Of a DNA stretch of 64,000 nucleotides, positions 1-13,399 are shown piece by piece (position 1 is the stretch's first letter; each line of letters starts with the position of its first letter). The translations under genes were made by a program, and so were the position numbers. The DNA is from Octopus vulgaris (taxonomy: Eukaryota), in assembly GCA_951406725.2 (NCBI GenBank), contig OX597828.1, positions 39,370,001 through 39,434,000 on the forward strand, in the 5' to 3' direction. Under the pieces are notes generated by a model. It saw only the letters and a list, made by a program, of their open reading frames with translations, was not told the DNA's origin and made no database searches.

Positions 1-40
1 AAACAAGGTGAGGACAAATATCCATCGAATGTGAATAATG
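1..40 (+). mobile_element. 3' tail of a further copy of the tRNA/hammerhead element, cut by the window edge
   Basis: AAACAAGGTGAGGACAAATATCCATCGAATGTGAATAATG matches 22691-22730. Confidence 0.65.
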
Positions 41-214
41 TGAAGATGATTATGTTTGCATCTACAAATTGTCGTTTATATTTTCTCAAATCAATTGATT
101 TAAATCTTTTGGGTCAATCAGCAGGTTTCAGCTGAAGGCATTAGTAATCTATCATTTGATGAGCATTTAGTAGATTACCAGTCTTATATTGTTTTAAGTA
201 ATTGAGCCAGAGCC

Positions 215-600
215 AGAAGTCTCCACTGCCACAGGCTTGACCATAAACCAGTCAGAAAGTGACCAATACTTTACCAGCTTAGGCTCCACTGCTCATCAAG
301 CTAAAAGCATGGAAAAGTGGACACTGAAATAATGATGTATGTGTGTGTGTGTAGAAGTCTCCACTGCTACAGGCTTGACCATAAATCAGTCAGAGAGTGA
401 CCAATACCTTACCAGCTCAGGTTCCACTGCTCATCAGGCTAAAAGCATGGAAAAGTGGACATTGAAATAATGATGTATGTGTGTGTGTGTGTGTGTGTGT
501 AGAAGTCTCCACTGCTACAGGCTTGACCATAAACCAGTCAGAGAGTGACCAATACCTTACCCACTGCTCATTGAAACAATGTGTGTGTGTATGTGTATAC
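215..600 (+). repeat. Tandem repeat, ~2.6 copies of a ~140-bp unit ending in (GT)n
   Basis: AGAAGTCTCCACTGCYACAGGCTTGACCATAAA recurs at ~215, ~353 and ~501. Confidence 0.85.
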
Positions 601-3600
601 ACACACATATACATTCTACAATACATAATTTTTTGAGTTAGAAAATTATCTAACTCTAGTGATAATTTTCATGCTAACAGATTTTTTTTTAAATTGTACT
701 TTTTTGATTTTTAAACTTGAATCAATGTATCAAGAGAGAATTACAAAAGTTAACAGTTTTACTAAAATTTTAAAAAAAAGAAAGAAAGAAAAACCTGCCA
801 AAGACCACATCACAAAATCAGTCTGGTCTTGCTTTCATAAAAAAAAAAGATTGCCCTTAGTATGGCCCCACTTTAAACATTGGCAATGGAAAACATTAAA
901 ATTTCATTCCTTTTAATTTCAATTTTTTATTTTACTTTTTTGTATTGTAATCTAAGAATTTTAAAAGAAACCAAGCAGTTTTAAGATATTTTAATTACTT
1001 AATTTTTAATCTTGCTATATTTTATGAACTAAACTGGAAGCTATAAACCATGTCTGGAGAAGAACTATTGCTTGTGGGTCAAAATTTAAGTGGATTACAA
1101 ACAACTTTATTAAAAACCAATAACTATATATTTTAGCTGAAAAGCTATCAGTCCAATAACAAATTGAACAGGGAAGGAATCTGAAATATCAATTACTTAA
1201 AAAAAGTAGCAAGAAGAATTTTTTTTTTTTTTTTTTTTCTTTGGCATTTCCTTTTTTTTTTTTTTTCAATTATCTTTTTTTTATCTACACAAACATAATA
1301 AAAATAGCTCCATCATTCAACTGCAAGGTCAGGGTTCAAATGAGTTGGAAATCCATCTTAGTTTTGCCATTTGTTACATAGCCAGCCAGTAAGGAAAAAG
1401 ATGATAGAGGTCACACATGGCAAGCAGTAGAGTCAAGACTACCAACCAGGTTTTTACTACTTGCAAGCCTCTCTCTCTCTCTCTCTCCCTCGCCAGACAT
1501 ATGTTCTGATCTACTAACATTACCTTCCCTGTAAACATAAAAAACATTAAGGAATGTACCCCTCTATGAATAAACCCCAGAACATGGTTAGTGAAGTAAA
1601 AAGAGAGACAAAAATAAAATAAAATAAAAATAAAAAAACTATTTATCTAGGATAGAATCATTTCTTTTTAACCTAGTGAATGAGGAGAAACTGGTTGTAA
1701 CGAAAAAAAGAAAACTTAAATAAGATAAAGAATAAGGAAAATTATGAATCTAAAACAAAAGTAAATTTTAAATACAATCAAATAAAAAAGAAAAAACGCT
1801 TAGATAATAAAATTAACTAAGAAAAGAAGATGGATAAAATATGTAAGATAAATAAAGGGTTAAATATTCTTGGTATGTACATATTTGGAAAACAAAGTAA
1901 ATATCAGTTTTAAGTCCCATGTATTAAGAACTGTCTGTTACAAGAAAAGTTTTAAAATCCTTTAATTAGCTAAATTTTCAGTTTCTAATTCATTTCAAAA
2001 TAGAAAATTCCCCCCTTTTTTTTGATTTTTTAATATTTTAGATAATCTTTTTCTGGCTTCAGGCATTGTACCTCAGCCATGCTGGAGCATTACCTCATAG
2101 GGTTTAGTTGAACAAACTGATCCTAGTAGTGATTTTAATGGTCTCTTTTGTCAAACCACTAAGTGATGGGGATGAAAGCAAACCAACACCAGATGTCAAG
2201 CAGTTGGGGTGGGACACAAACAGTGACACACAAACACATATACAACAGGCTTCCACACAGTTTCCATCTACAAAATTCCTTCGGAAGGCATTGGTCGGCT
2301 AAGTGTTATAGTAGAAGACACTTGCCCAAGGTGTCACACAGTGGGACTGAACTTGAAATCACAAGGTTGGAGGCAGTTATTTTGTACCATAATGGTTTCT
2401 GACTTAGGCACATGCATGGTATAGGTGCAGAAATGGCTATGTGGTTAAGAGGCTCAAATGTTTTTTAGGTTCAGTTATACAGCCTTCCAGCTTGGGGAAA
2501 TGTTATTGATTCTATAATTTCGTGTTGACCAATGTCTTGTGAGTGAAATTTGCTAAACAGAACCTGCATGCTTTGAAGCAAAGCAATATTTCCTCACGAC
2601 CAGACATGTTTCCATGGAAAACTGGAAAGAATAAGTCCTGGGGGTCGATTTCTTCAACTAAAGGTGGTCATTTATTAATTTCTAAAAGTAGGGTTATTTA
2701 TTAATTTCTGTGAAACAACAACATTAACAAGCATCTATAAATGGCCACCACTAATAATTCAGATATTACTGAAATGAAGTGATGGTAAAATAGACAGAGG
2801 GCATTTATAAATAAGAATGGACTTGGGTTAGGGTAAACTTTCTTTTCAAATCATTTTGACAGGCACAATTTGTACAACCATTCTACTTTTGAACATATTT
2901 TTATCATCATTATTGTTATTATTATTATTATTAGACAAGTTTAAGCAACACTGGAGCATTTTCTGGTCTTGAAAGGTTAAGAAAAATTACTTATCTCATC
3001 ATGAAATCTTTCATGGAAGGAGATAAAAGGCTAGGAAGGAGTAAATAGGGACAATTATGTACACCACTTAATTACATTCTATTTCTGAATGGGAGAAACA
3101 CTTAATTGGGACAATCACTTCCTATTTTTCTACAACATATTCTAGAAAAACAAAAATTCTTAACAGGGACAGAAAAAACAAAAAACAGTTTCTTTTGATC
3201 ATCAAATGCTTCTAAAATATTTGATGCAAATAGAGAGGGAGAGAGCAAAATCTGGACTATTTTGAGTTTTATTTTCTCAAAAAGAAATACATCTTAAAAG
3301 CAGATGAGTATCAATCTATATTGGATGTTACCAAAAATAGACCACAAATATTGAAGTTTTAGTTCAAAATCAGAAATAAACATTTTCAAGAAGTTATTTT
3401 CAGATAAACAGGTTACTTTTCATATGTTTTATAATTCCTTTGATAAATACATAAATAAACAAATAAATAAATGATACATTGATTTTTCATCATATTTCTT
3501 TTAATGAGGAAAGTCTGTAATATTTTTTTTTTCAATATTTGAAAAAAAATGTGTCCTTCCAAATATTCCAAATCAATGGTTTGTTCAATTGACTTCCTTT

Positions 3601-4217
3601 CTAATGCTAACCATTTAACTTTACTCAATGTGAGAATGAAGTGCTTATTTTTCATTTCGGTACACCAAAGACTACAGCAATAAAATGAATCAAAAGTGCA
3701 CTCAGCCATTATGAAAAATGGCACCCAAAAGAGGTTGTAAAGTGGTTAACATTAGGAAGGGCATTCAACCATAGAAGTCATGCCAAAGCAGACACTGGAA
3801 CATAATGCAGTCCTAGGGACCAACACCAGCATCATCATTCAACAGACATTAAATGATGATGGACCCAAGGACTGCACCACAAACCATGAAAAATAAAGGA
3901 TAATGAAGTTGAAATTTTTTTTTTTTAACATTTAGCCAGAGAAAGAAGGGCAACATCTGTGACTTTTTGGGGTTTTTTCTTTGGTTAGGTCCCCTGAAAC
4001 TGGTAAGAAAGGAAATTTTTTCTGAAAGCAAAGACTTAGGCCAGATGATGATGTCAAACCCAGTAACAGACCTAGTTTTTTTACCATTAAAGAGTTGAAA
4101 CAAGTACCACAAGGTATTTTGTCTGGCACTCTAGCAATGCCAGCAATCCACCACTATGGACTGGTACCTTATTATTTTTACCTATCCCCATTAATATATC
4201 TATATTTATATCTACAA

Positions 4218-4432
4218 AGGCAGTGATCTGGCAGAAACGTTAGCACGCCAGGCAAAATGCTTAGCGATATTTCATCTGTCTTTACGTTCTGAGTTCAAAT
4301 TCCACCAAGGTCTACTTTGCCTTTCATCCTTTCGGGGTCAATAAATTAAATACCAGTTGCGTACTGGGGTTGATCTAATCAACTGGCTCCCTCCCCCAAA
4401 ATTTTGGGCCTTGTGCCTGGAGTGGAAAAGAA
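4218..4432 (+). mobile_element. tRNA-derived SINE, family B (central GCCTTTCATCCTTTCGGGGTC..TAAAT.AAGTACCAG, Meta-domain-like)
   Basis: Related copies at ~5889-6100, ~24640-24835, ~48810-48940, ~52915-54450 and ~57370-57566. Confidence 0.75.
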
Positions 4433-5017
4433 TATTTTGACCCATCCTGAAGGATACAAGACAAAATTGACTTCAGCAGGATTTGAACCAAATGCATTCA
4501 CAGAGCTGGGACAAATGCCATAATATAATGCCTGTCACAGAATGCCGAGATCTACCGGCATTATTTATGGACAACACTGTAGTAATACAGACGTCTTTTA
4601 ACAACTCTTCTTCAGATAGCAGTGGTAAATTCTAATTGAGCAGAATTTTATAACACAAAAACAGAAAATCAAATGAATCATTTTTAAATGTCATTATGCA
4701 GTGGTACATGCCATAACATTTAGGCTTTAAAATGAAGTTTGCATTTTAAGAAATAAGGAAGTTTGAGGGAAATTTGGGTTGCTACACTTAATAGATCAAG
4801 AAGTCACATAGAAATGGTCTCACTTAAAATCACAAAAGAGTGTGTGTATATACACATGTTTATATATACATACACATACATTTTTTTTTTGGTGCAAATG
4901 GTTTTTTTTTAATATGGTACTGTTTTTGCAATCCTGTAAATAATAATAATGGTATTTTTATATAAGCTTAAAGCTTATGGCAATCATTGTGCAATGACTA
5001 AGGAAAATAGTCTAATA

Positions 5018-5710
5018 AAGGGGCATCCCATAAATAATGCAGTTTTTTGCAACTGCATGAACTAAAATTCAAAGAGGACAGGATAAACTACCTACATCAC
5101 CTTGCTATAAAAGCAGGTAGTAATTTTACCTTGTACTTATGCTTGGTGCAAGTTTTGAAGAGTGCAGCTTGATTTTAACAGTTATTTTTTCAAAGCTATA
5201 ATGGAAGTGATAAAGGAGCGTATTTGGCATATTTTGCTTTATGAGTTCAATAAAGGAAACAAGGCAACGGTAAGTGTGAGGAATATTAATGCAGTATATG
5301 AGGATCGGACAATAAGCATAAGCTAGTATCAATGGTGGTTCCAGAAATTGCGAGCCTCGTCCTGAAAGATCTGCAGAGCTTGAAGAGGATATTCTGTAAA
5401 CTCTGGTGGAACAAAATCTCATTGTAACTGTTGAGGAACTAGCTGGGATTTGGTCATTCACCCATTCATTGACACCTTCATTCCATTGGAAAATGATTGT
5501 CTTTGGTTTCAAGATGCAAGGTGTTCTTTTATCAGGATAATGCTAGGCCACATACAGTGAGGATGACGTTCCAAAGGATGGAGCAGTTTGAATGGGAAGT
5601 GACACCCAACCATATTCGCCGAACATTGCCCATCTGATTTTCATTTATTCTGCAGTCTTCAAAATCATTTGGATGGAAAAAATATGAATTTTGTAAACGA
5701 GGTCAAAACA
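5018..5710 (+). mobile_element. Degenerate, internally deleted mariner transposon
   Basis: From 5201: MEVIKERIWHILLYEFNKGNKATVSVRNINAVY (HTH). Later QDNARPHT...PYSPNIA/SDFHLF.SLQNHLDGK, with stops and frameshifts. Confidence 0.85.
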
Positions 5711-7594
5711 GATACTGTCAAACCATCCAACCCATATCAACATGGAAAACAGGTGCTAGATAATGATGAAGATGTATGTATATATGTAAGTGTGAGTGTT
5801 TATATCTGTGTACATGTGTGTATTTATAATTATGTGCTTTGTCTCATATTCTCACTGTTAATTGATTTCTAATATTGGCACAAGGCCAAGGCAGTGGAGT
5901 TGGCAGAATCATTAGCATATCCGACAAAATCCTTAGTGGCATTTCATCTGTCTTTACGGTCTGAGTTCAAATTCGACCGAGGTTGACTTTGCCTTTCATT
6001 CTTTTGGGATTGATAAAATAAGTACCAGTTGAACATTGGGGTTGATGTACTTGACTTACACCCAGACTGAAATTGATAGCCTTATGCCAGAATTTGAAAC
6101 CAATATTAGCACATTTTTAGGGGTAGAGCTTGGCCAATTAAAGTTATCCCAATATTTGATTAGCATTTTATTTTATCAACCACTAGAAAGTGAAAAGAAA
6201 AGTGGTCCTTGGAAGGATTTGAACCCAGAGTAGTTATTAAAAGTATGTAAGTGTAGTGACTAATTAATGCAGTGAAGTAGCAGAGAAAGTAAATTTTGGG
6301 ATGCACATCCTGAATTCATTAAAATATCCCAGGGTCAGGTTTGCCTTATATCCTTTTGATGGAGGAGAACAAAAAAAAAAACTTAACTGAAAATGATATC
6401 AAAAATATTTAAAATAAACGATACAAAATAAAGCCAGTCACTCATTGGTGGGGGTGGTCATTATTATAATCAACAACACCCTCCTACAAAGTTTGTAGCT
6501 TTGTGCCTGCGTTAGTAATCAATAGTTATTAAAGGCATTAAAGCTATCAAACAAAAGGTCACACACAGACCTCATTGATTTTATGTAATAAACAACAAGT
6601 AGCAGTGATAGTCATGATAGCAGCAGTAGTAATATTGAAGTAGATGACAAAGTATTTATGATTCAGAAGACAGAATAAGTGAAGTTGTAATGACAATCAC
6701 TATTTACCATGACAAATAAACAGAGAGGCTTCCTTCTGTTTCCCCTCTTCCAACCCCACCCCCCACTTTATTTTGTGGCTTAGTCAGCTGAGGAAGGGCA
6801 GTTGTTTGTGATCTTTCAGCAAGGCCTCTGTGATTGATGAAGGGAGGATGGTATCGTGACTCATTGGTAGGCTGCTGCAGTAAGAAAGAAGCAGCACGTG
6901 TATTGTGTTATATGTCTTCGGATTAGAAACATTAGTGAAAATAACTGCCACAGAATAGTCTCAGTTAAAGACACTGGAGGGACAGGTGTGGGCGTTAAAC
7001 TAAGCAATGGATTAAGTCTCCCACCCAACAACAGACTGTGGACCAATTCTTGTTTTAACAAATTTTCTTCATAAGGCTTGAGTTGGCCCAAGGTTCCACA
7101 TAGTAGGATCGAACCTAAAACCACATGGTTGTGTGATTATCTTTTTAATTACACGGTCGTAACTTAACATATCAAATTTATTCATATATCTATGCATACT
7201 TATGTATCTGTATACACTCATGCACACACTTGGGCATTTCAGAGGTTATAATTGCTCTTATTTTAATTGATCCCAGAAGAATGGTCTTATTTTATTGATC
7301 TGATAAAGAATGTAAAATGAAGTTGAAATTAGTGGGATGTTTAGATCCTACTAATTTAAACAATGATGTACCAAACTAAATACACTACAGAATTTATTCA
7401 GTCCCCAACATCCTGCTGTCTTGGAATTTTCATATCAATAAAAAAAAAATATTGATTTTTTTTTCTTTTTTTTTTTTTTTTTTACACCTAGCATTGGTAC
7501 AAAGACACAAATTTTGTCAAAGATACAGTCAAATAATTTTCTCTTATCCACCCTCAGTATAGCACTCAGTCTGTGTGCAAACAATTTGCTGACA

Positions 7595-7732
7595 GATAAT
7601 TCCCACACAACCTAAGATTCAACACAGAGGCCTACATCAAGTGCCTGGAGGAAGTTGTACTGCCCTGGATCAAGAGGGTGGCTGCTGGAACACCCTATGT
7701 ATGGCAACAGGACTCTGCACCATACCACACAA
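7595..7732 (+). mobile_element. Tc1/mariner (maT/DD37D-like) transposase fragment
   Basis: Translates to NTEAYIKCLEEVVLPWIKRVAAGTPYVWQQDSAPYHT. Confidence 0.75.
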
Positions 7733-7779
7733 TTGTCCTGTCTGTAAGTTGTCTGTTGATGAATCCTGCATCTACCACT

Positions 7780-8102
7780 CAGTCAGTTACGACAACAAAG
7801 GTTCTACTTAATCTGATCGACTGAACAGCCTGCTCATGAAATTAACATGCAAGTGGCTGAGTGCTCCACAGACATTGTACCCTTAATGTAGTAGTTCTCA
7901 GGGGGATTCACTATGACACAAAATGTGACAAGGCTGGCCCTTTTGTACTACAGCTACAACTCATTTTTGTCAGCTGAGTGGACAAGAACAACATGAAATA
8001 AAGGGTCTTGCTCAAGGAGACAATGTGTCACCAGTAAATGAACTCATGGCCTCAAAACTGTGAGCCAAATACCCCTAATCATTAAGCCACATATGCCCTC
8101 AC
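7780..8102 (-). mobile_element. Old tRNA-derived SINE (body shared with ~11000-11140)
   Basis: tRNA-like head followed by CCTTGAGCAAGAC...CACTCAGCTG. Confidence 0.55.
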
Positions 8103-8714
8103 ACCCTCAGAATATGTACCAGTATAAAACTGGTACATATTTTAATGACTTCAATCGGATAAAAAGATAAAAAGTTGAACACAGCTGTAATTAGTATCCA
8201 GAATGTTTGATGGTAGACAACTAAATACCTTTAAAGTATCTAGTATTTTGCACCCACTGCTGTCACCAACTCATTTTCTTTATTAATATCAATATAAAAT
8301 TTTAAATCTCCAATCTCTCCAAAGGGTACATTCATACAGTTATTCAACCACCTAGAAACAGCAGCCAAAATCTTCACAGGCACCACAAGGTTATTTGCCA
8401 ATCAAAACACTAGAGTATGTAAACATCGCAAATGGGAAGTGTAACCATCATCTCCCAGACTAGTGAGGACCATGAAAGCACTATTCAATGTAAGAAGCCT
8501 CTTTGATAATCTTATTTTATTAATGAATGAGGACCAGCCATCCAAAATCCACTCCAAGTTTCCAGTGCTATAACAGTTCTAATGTAGGATACGACCCAGA
8601 GGAGCCTTTTCTTCAAGCAGCTTCTAGAAAAAGGCTTTTGGTTAAAAATTCTTAATTTGGAAAATACAGCCACCAACACTCATCCAATACTACTCTTTTC
8701 TCAAGCAAATGAAG

Positions 8715-8910
8715 GAGTCTGTATGTGGTTACTCAATCTGAAAGAAATAGCAGCCAAATCCTCCTCAAAATCACACCCTACTGCTTTAGAACTTGTTGAC
8801 TAACTCGGTCTATGGTTACCTGCATATAGGTAAAAGATGGGATGGTCACAGCTGGAATGCCTTTGATAATATCTCTGTTTAATTCAGGCTGACCTGGAAC
8901 TAAACAACAA
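8715..8910 (+). repeat. Old ~200-250-bp dispersed repeat (family E: AGAAATAGCAGCCAAATC...GCTGGAATGCCTTTGAT...CTAAACAACAA)
   Basis: More than ten diverged copies in both orientations, e.g. ~14640, 19880, 28080, 28600, 32530, 34670, 38220, 48560, 50985, 51700, 54920, 57010. Confidence 0.65.
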
Positions 8911-9389
8911 TTCTTTCTTGTGATAAATATATGTCACAAGTACTTGTAAACTTTCAAAAAATTAAGGTGATGTTTTCTGTTATTATGATATAATGCAAGA
9001 GCGCGCAACATTGTTTATATAAAAGTCAGTGAATTCAGAGCAAAGAGGTCAACCACACTTTATGGGGATAGTATGCACAACACCAGAAAGTTCTTTGTTA
9101 CAGGAGATACTGTGTTTATTGTACTACTTAAAACATGGGTGTGTGTGTGTGTGTGTGTGTCTTTCTTTTACTTGTTTCAGTCATCATACTAAGACTGTAG
9201 CCATGCTGGAGCACCACCTTGAATAATCTAAGTCAAATGAATCGACCCTAGTACTTTATACTTTTAAAACATGGCCCTTATTCAATTGGTCTCTATTGCC
9301 AAACTGCTAAGTAACGGGGATGTAAACACACCAACACCGGTTGTCAAGTAGTAGTGGGAGACAAACACAAAGACACACACACACTTACA

Positions 9390-9424
<35 letters not shown>

Positions 9425-9433
9425 AAATAAATA

Positions 9434-9596
9434 GGCATAAGAGTGGCTATGTGGTAAGTAGCTTGCTTACCAATCACATGGTTCTAGGTTCAGTCCCACT
9501 GCATGGCACCTTGGGCAAGTGTCTTCTACTATAGACTCGGGTTGACCAAAACCTTGTGAGTAGATTTGGTAGGCAGAGACTGAAAGAAGCTTGTTG

Positions 9597-9627
<31 letters not shown>

Positions 9628-9897
9628 CCCCATCATTGCTTGACAACTGATGCTGGTGTATTTACATCCCCGTAACTTAGCAGTTCGGCAAAAGAGACTG
9701 ATAGATAAGTACTAGGCTTACAAAGAATACATTTTGGGGTCAAGTTGTTCAACTAAAGGCCTACTACAGTTTCTCAATTTTTTTCTGAATGTGTTTACAT
9801 TCTTCACCAAAATACATCAACAAAAGATAAGTACAAAAGATAAGTACTAAAGGTGATGCTCCAGCATGGCAGTAGTCAAATGACAGAAACAAGTAAA
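9434..9897 (+). mobile_element. tRNA-derived SINE, family A (CORE-like ACCTTGGGCAAGTGTCTT, central microsatellite, GACTGAAACAAGTAAAAG tail)
   Basis: A box TGGCTATGTGG, B box GGTTCAGTCCC. Flanked by inverted partial copies at 9160-9375 and 9925-10030. Confidence 0.85.
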
Positions 9898-10279
9898 ATA
9901 ATAATGTACAAAATATATATATATATGAGGAGCTTCTTTCAGTTTCCATCTACCAAATCCATTCACAAAGTTTTGGTCAGTCCAAGGCTATAGTAGAATA
10001 TATTTGCCCAAGGCGCCATGCAGTGGAAGTGGAGCTCAAATCGCATTGAACTCTCTTCTAGAGAGTTATTTTATAATACAACTGGTGAAAATAGTGTTGG
10101 AAGTTACAACTTTCCACTTGGCTAATTAGTAGCTTGTTGCATTTCTAAAGGCAAAATTGACACAGGTGTATTCAGTACAGAACAAATATCAAGAAGGATT
10201 TCACTACAGTTTCTCAATTTTTTTCTGTGTTTACATTCTTCACCAAAACACATCAACAAAAGATCAATATATGTACACA

Positions 10280-10592
10280 CATGGAGGAATCAGTGGAATG
10301 GTTGGTAAGGGCGAATGAAGTGAGGTGGTATGGGCATGTGTTGAGGAGGGATGAAGAGCATGTTTGCGTTTGAGGCAAATGGAGCATGAAAGCAAGGTAA
10401 GCCAAGGAAAAGGTGGAGGGGGACAAGTGAAGGAGGAGATTGGGAGGGTTGATTTGAAAAAAGAGGACGCCCAAAACCGGGCAAGATGGTGAGATGATTT
10501 GAGGGCAGTTGCTATGGCATTGAGGTAGACCCGGCCAACCCCATTAACGAGGACAAAACCCGGATTTAAAACACTGGATGATGATGATGATG
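10280..10592 (+). mobile_element. RTE-clade LINE 3' fragment with (GAT)n tail
   Basis: RWYGHVLRRDEEHV...GKPRKRWRGQVKEEIGRVDLKKEDAQNRARW, interrupted. Confidence 0.8.
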
Positions 10593-12540
10593 ACACACAC
10601 CATGGCCACTGCTGGTGTCATGTAAATGGCACCTGTGCCAGTGGCACATAAAAAGCACCCATTACACTCTTGGAGTGGTTGGTGTTAGGGAAGGGCATCC
10701 AGCCATAGAAACCTTACCAAATCAAATTGGAACCTGGTGCAGCACTCTGGCTTACCAGTTCCAGTCAAACTGTGCAACCCATGACAGCATAGAAAGGAGA
10801 CATTAAATGATAGAGGTAAGGCTGAGTGGTTAAGTAGTTCAATTGTAAACATTAAGTCCTGGGTTCAACCCCACTGTGAAGCATCCTGGGTAAGTGCACT
10901 TCTCATAGTCTCAAGTTGATCCAAGCCTTGTGAGTGAATCTAGGGAGAAAGAAATTGTATAGAAACCTTCCAGATGGGCTGTAGTTGTAAGCTGTAATCC
11001 AATCTTATCACACTGATTCTACCTGAGAATTACATTAAGAGTATACATGTCTATGTAGTACTCAACCACTCTGCATGCAAATCCAATGAGTAGGTTATCC
11101 AGTTGGTCAAACAACCTGATGCTCATGCACTGAAATCAACGGTGGTGCCCCAGCATGACCTTAGCTTTGAAGCTGAAACAATTTAAAGCTTTAAAGATTA
11201 TTGTCCATTATATACAAATGCACATATGTAAAGGTACAGGGTTTATTTAAGCTAATCCAATGACCTGTTGCTCTAAAGTTCCCTTAATGTAATGCAGGTT
11301 CCTGGTCTATATATAAAAATGAAATTTTGCACTGTTTCCATCTAAAAATTTTTACTCACAAAGTACTGGTCAACCTGAAGCTATAATAGAAGATATTTGC
11401 CCAAGGTGCTGTGTTATGAGATTGAACACAGAACCACATGGTTACAAAGAGAATTTCTTTATCACACCTTCATACTGTATGTATGTCGTCATCATCATCA
11501 TTGTTTTGATGTCTGATTTTCCATGCTTGCTTGAGTCAGAAGGAGTTTATTGAGGTAGATTTTCTACAATTGGATGCCCTTCCTGTTGCTAACCCTCACC
11601 TGTTTCCAAACAAGGTAATATTTCACCATGGCCAGACACATTTTCACAGAATACTGAAAAAGGATGACACCGCTTGTGTGACAGTGACACTCATTTACAA
11701 TAATCACATGATGTCAGAACAAGGAGTCACAAACACACACAAAGATTTATACATATATGTATGTATGTATATATGTGCAGGTGGCACGTAAAAAGCACCC
11801 ACTACACTCACGGAGTGGTTGGCGTTAGGAAGGGCATCCAGCTGTAGAAACTCTGCCAGATCAGACTGGAGCCTGGTGCAGCCCCTGGCTTCCCAGACCC
11901 TGGTCGAACCGTCCAACCCGTGCTAGCGTGGAAAACGGACGTTAAACGATGATGATGATGATATATATATATATATATAAATAAAATAACATATGAGTTA
12001 GAGGTTAAACAACCGCCTAAGGGATAATAAATATCCACAAAACTATTTATTTATTTAACTATTCTTATGATTGTAATAAAAAGACCTTGCTGATGTTTGT
12101 CAATTGAATATCTTCTCTATTTTTCTTCTTTGCCTTATATATATGAAATGTACTGATCCATGATAAAAATTCAACAAAAAAAGTACTCCATCTGGTGACA
12201 GATAAATATTATCATTTAAAGGTCACAAAACATGTATTAAAGTGTTACTAATATTTTCATAGGTTGAGAGAACACGAACATATTCTTCAGACACAAACAA
12301 CATATAATAATGAACTAAAAAACTGAATAAACAGAAGGAACGCAATGAAGCTGAGATGGTAACATATAGAAAACACAGACAACAGAAAACGAAAAGTGGA
12401 AACAAAACTAAAGTGTCAAAAGGTAAAAGATGCTATCCTCTTTAGGCTTTAAATGATGAGGCTGGAAAAATATTCTTTAGTCTATTATATGTGGTTTATA
12501 CCTGAAGGATATATGTTTGAGTTCTATCAACATATGAAAC

Positions 12541-12750
12541 TCTCTTTTACTTGTTTCAGTCATGTGACTGTAGCCATGCTGGAGCACCGCCTTTAGTCGA
12601 GCAAATGGACACCAGGACTTATTCGTTGTAAGCCTAGTACTTATTCTATCAGTCTCTTTTGCCAAACTGCTAAGTTACGGGGACGTAAACACACCAGCAT
12701 CGGTTGTCAAGCGATGTTGGTGGGACAAACACAGACACACTAACATATAC

Positions 12751-12782
<32 letters not shown>

Positions 12783-12960
12783 ATACACATATACATGATG
12801 GGCTTCTTTCAGTTTCCGTCTACCAAATCCATTCACAAGGCTTTGGTCGGCCCGAGGCTATACTAGAAGACACCTGCCCAAGGTGCCACGCAGTGGGATT
12901 GAACTCGGAACCATGTGGTTCATTAGCAAGCTACTTACCACACAGCCACTCCTATGCCTA
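12541..12960 (-). mobile_element. SINE family A, full length
   Basis: Reverse complement of the family A head, core and tail. Confidence 0.85.
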
Positions 12961-13035
12961 TTAATAGCGATTTAATACATGTATTGTAACTTTTAAATAA
13001 TAATAATAATAATAATATTATATATATATATTTAT

Positions 13036-13368
13036 GTGAATCGCATGGTTCAGCAGTTAGAGCATTGGTCTCACAATCATGAGGTAGTGAGTCCAAATCC
13101 CAGACCATGCTGCATTGTGTTCTTGAGCAAGACACTTTACTTCACGTTGTTCCAGTTCACTCAGCTGTAGAAATGAGTTGTAATACCACTGGTGCCAAGC
13201 TGTATCAGCGTTTGCCTTTCCCTTTGACAACATTGATGGCATGGAAAGGGGAGGCTAGGATGCATGGTCGACTGCTGGTCTTCCATAAACAAACTTGCCC
13301 AAACATTTGCTTTGGAGGGGAACTTTCTAAGTACAATCCCATGATTATTCGTGACCAAAGAGGATCCT
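13036..13368 (+). mobile_element. tRNA-derived SINE (second copy ~14880-15170)
   Basis: tRNA-like head, GTGTTCTTGAGCAAGACACTT core, shared body CACTGGTGCCAA...GGTCTTCCATAAACAA. Confidence 0.7.
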
Positions 13369-13399
13369 GTTATATATATATATATATATATATATATTT

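Noticed and set aside
1455-1500. ERERLAS resembling ARNT KERLAR, hinting at an inverted paralogue
   Set aside because: Explained by the (GA)n repeat; no bHLH follows.
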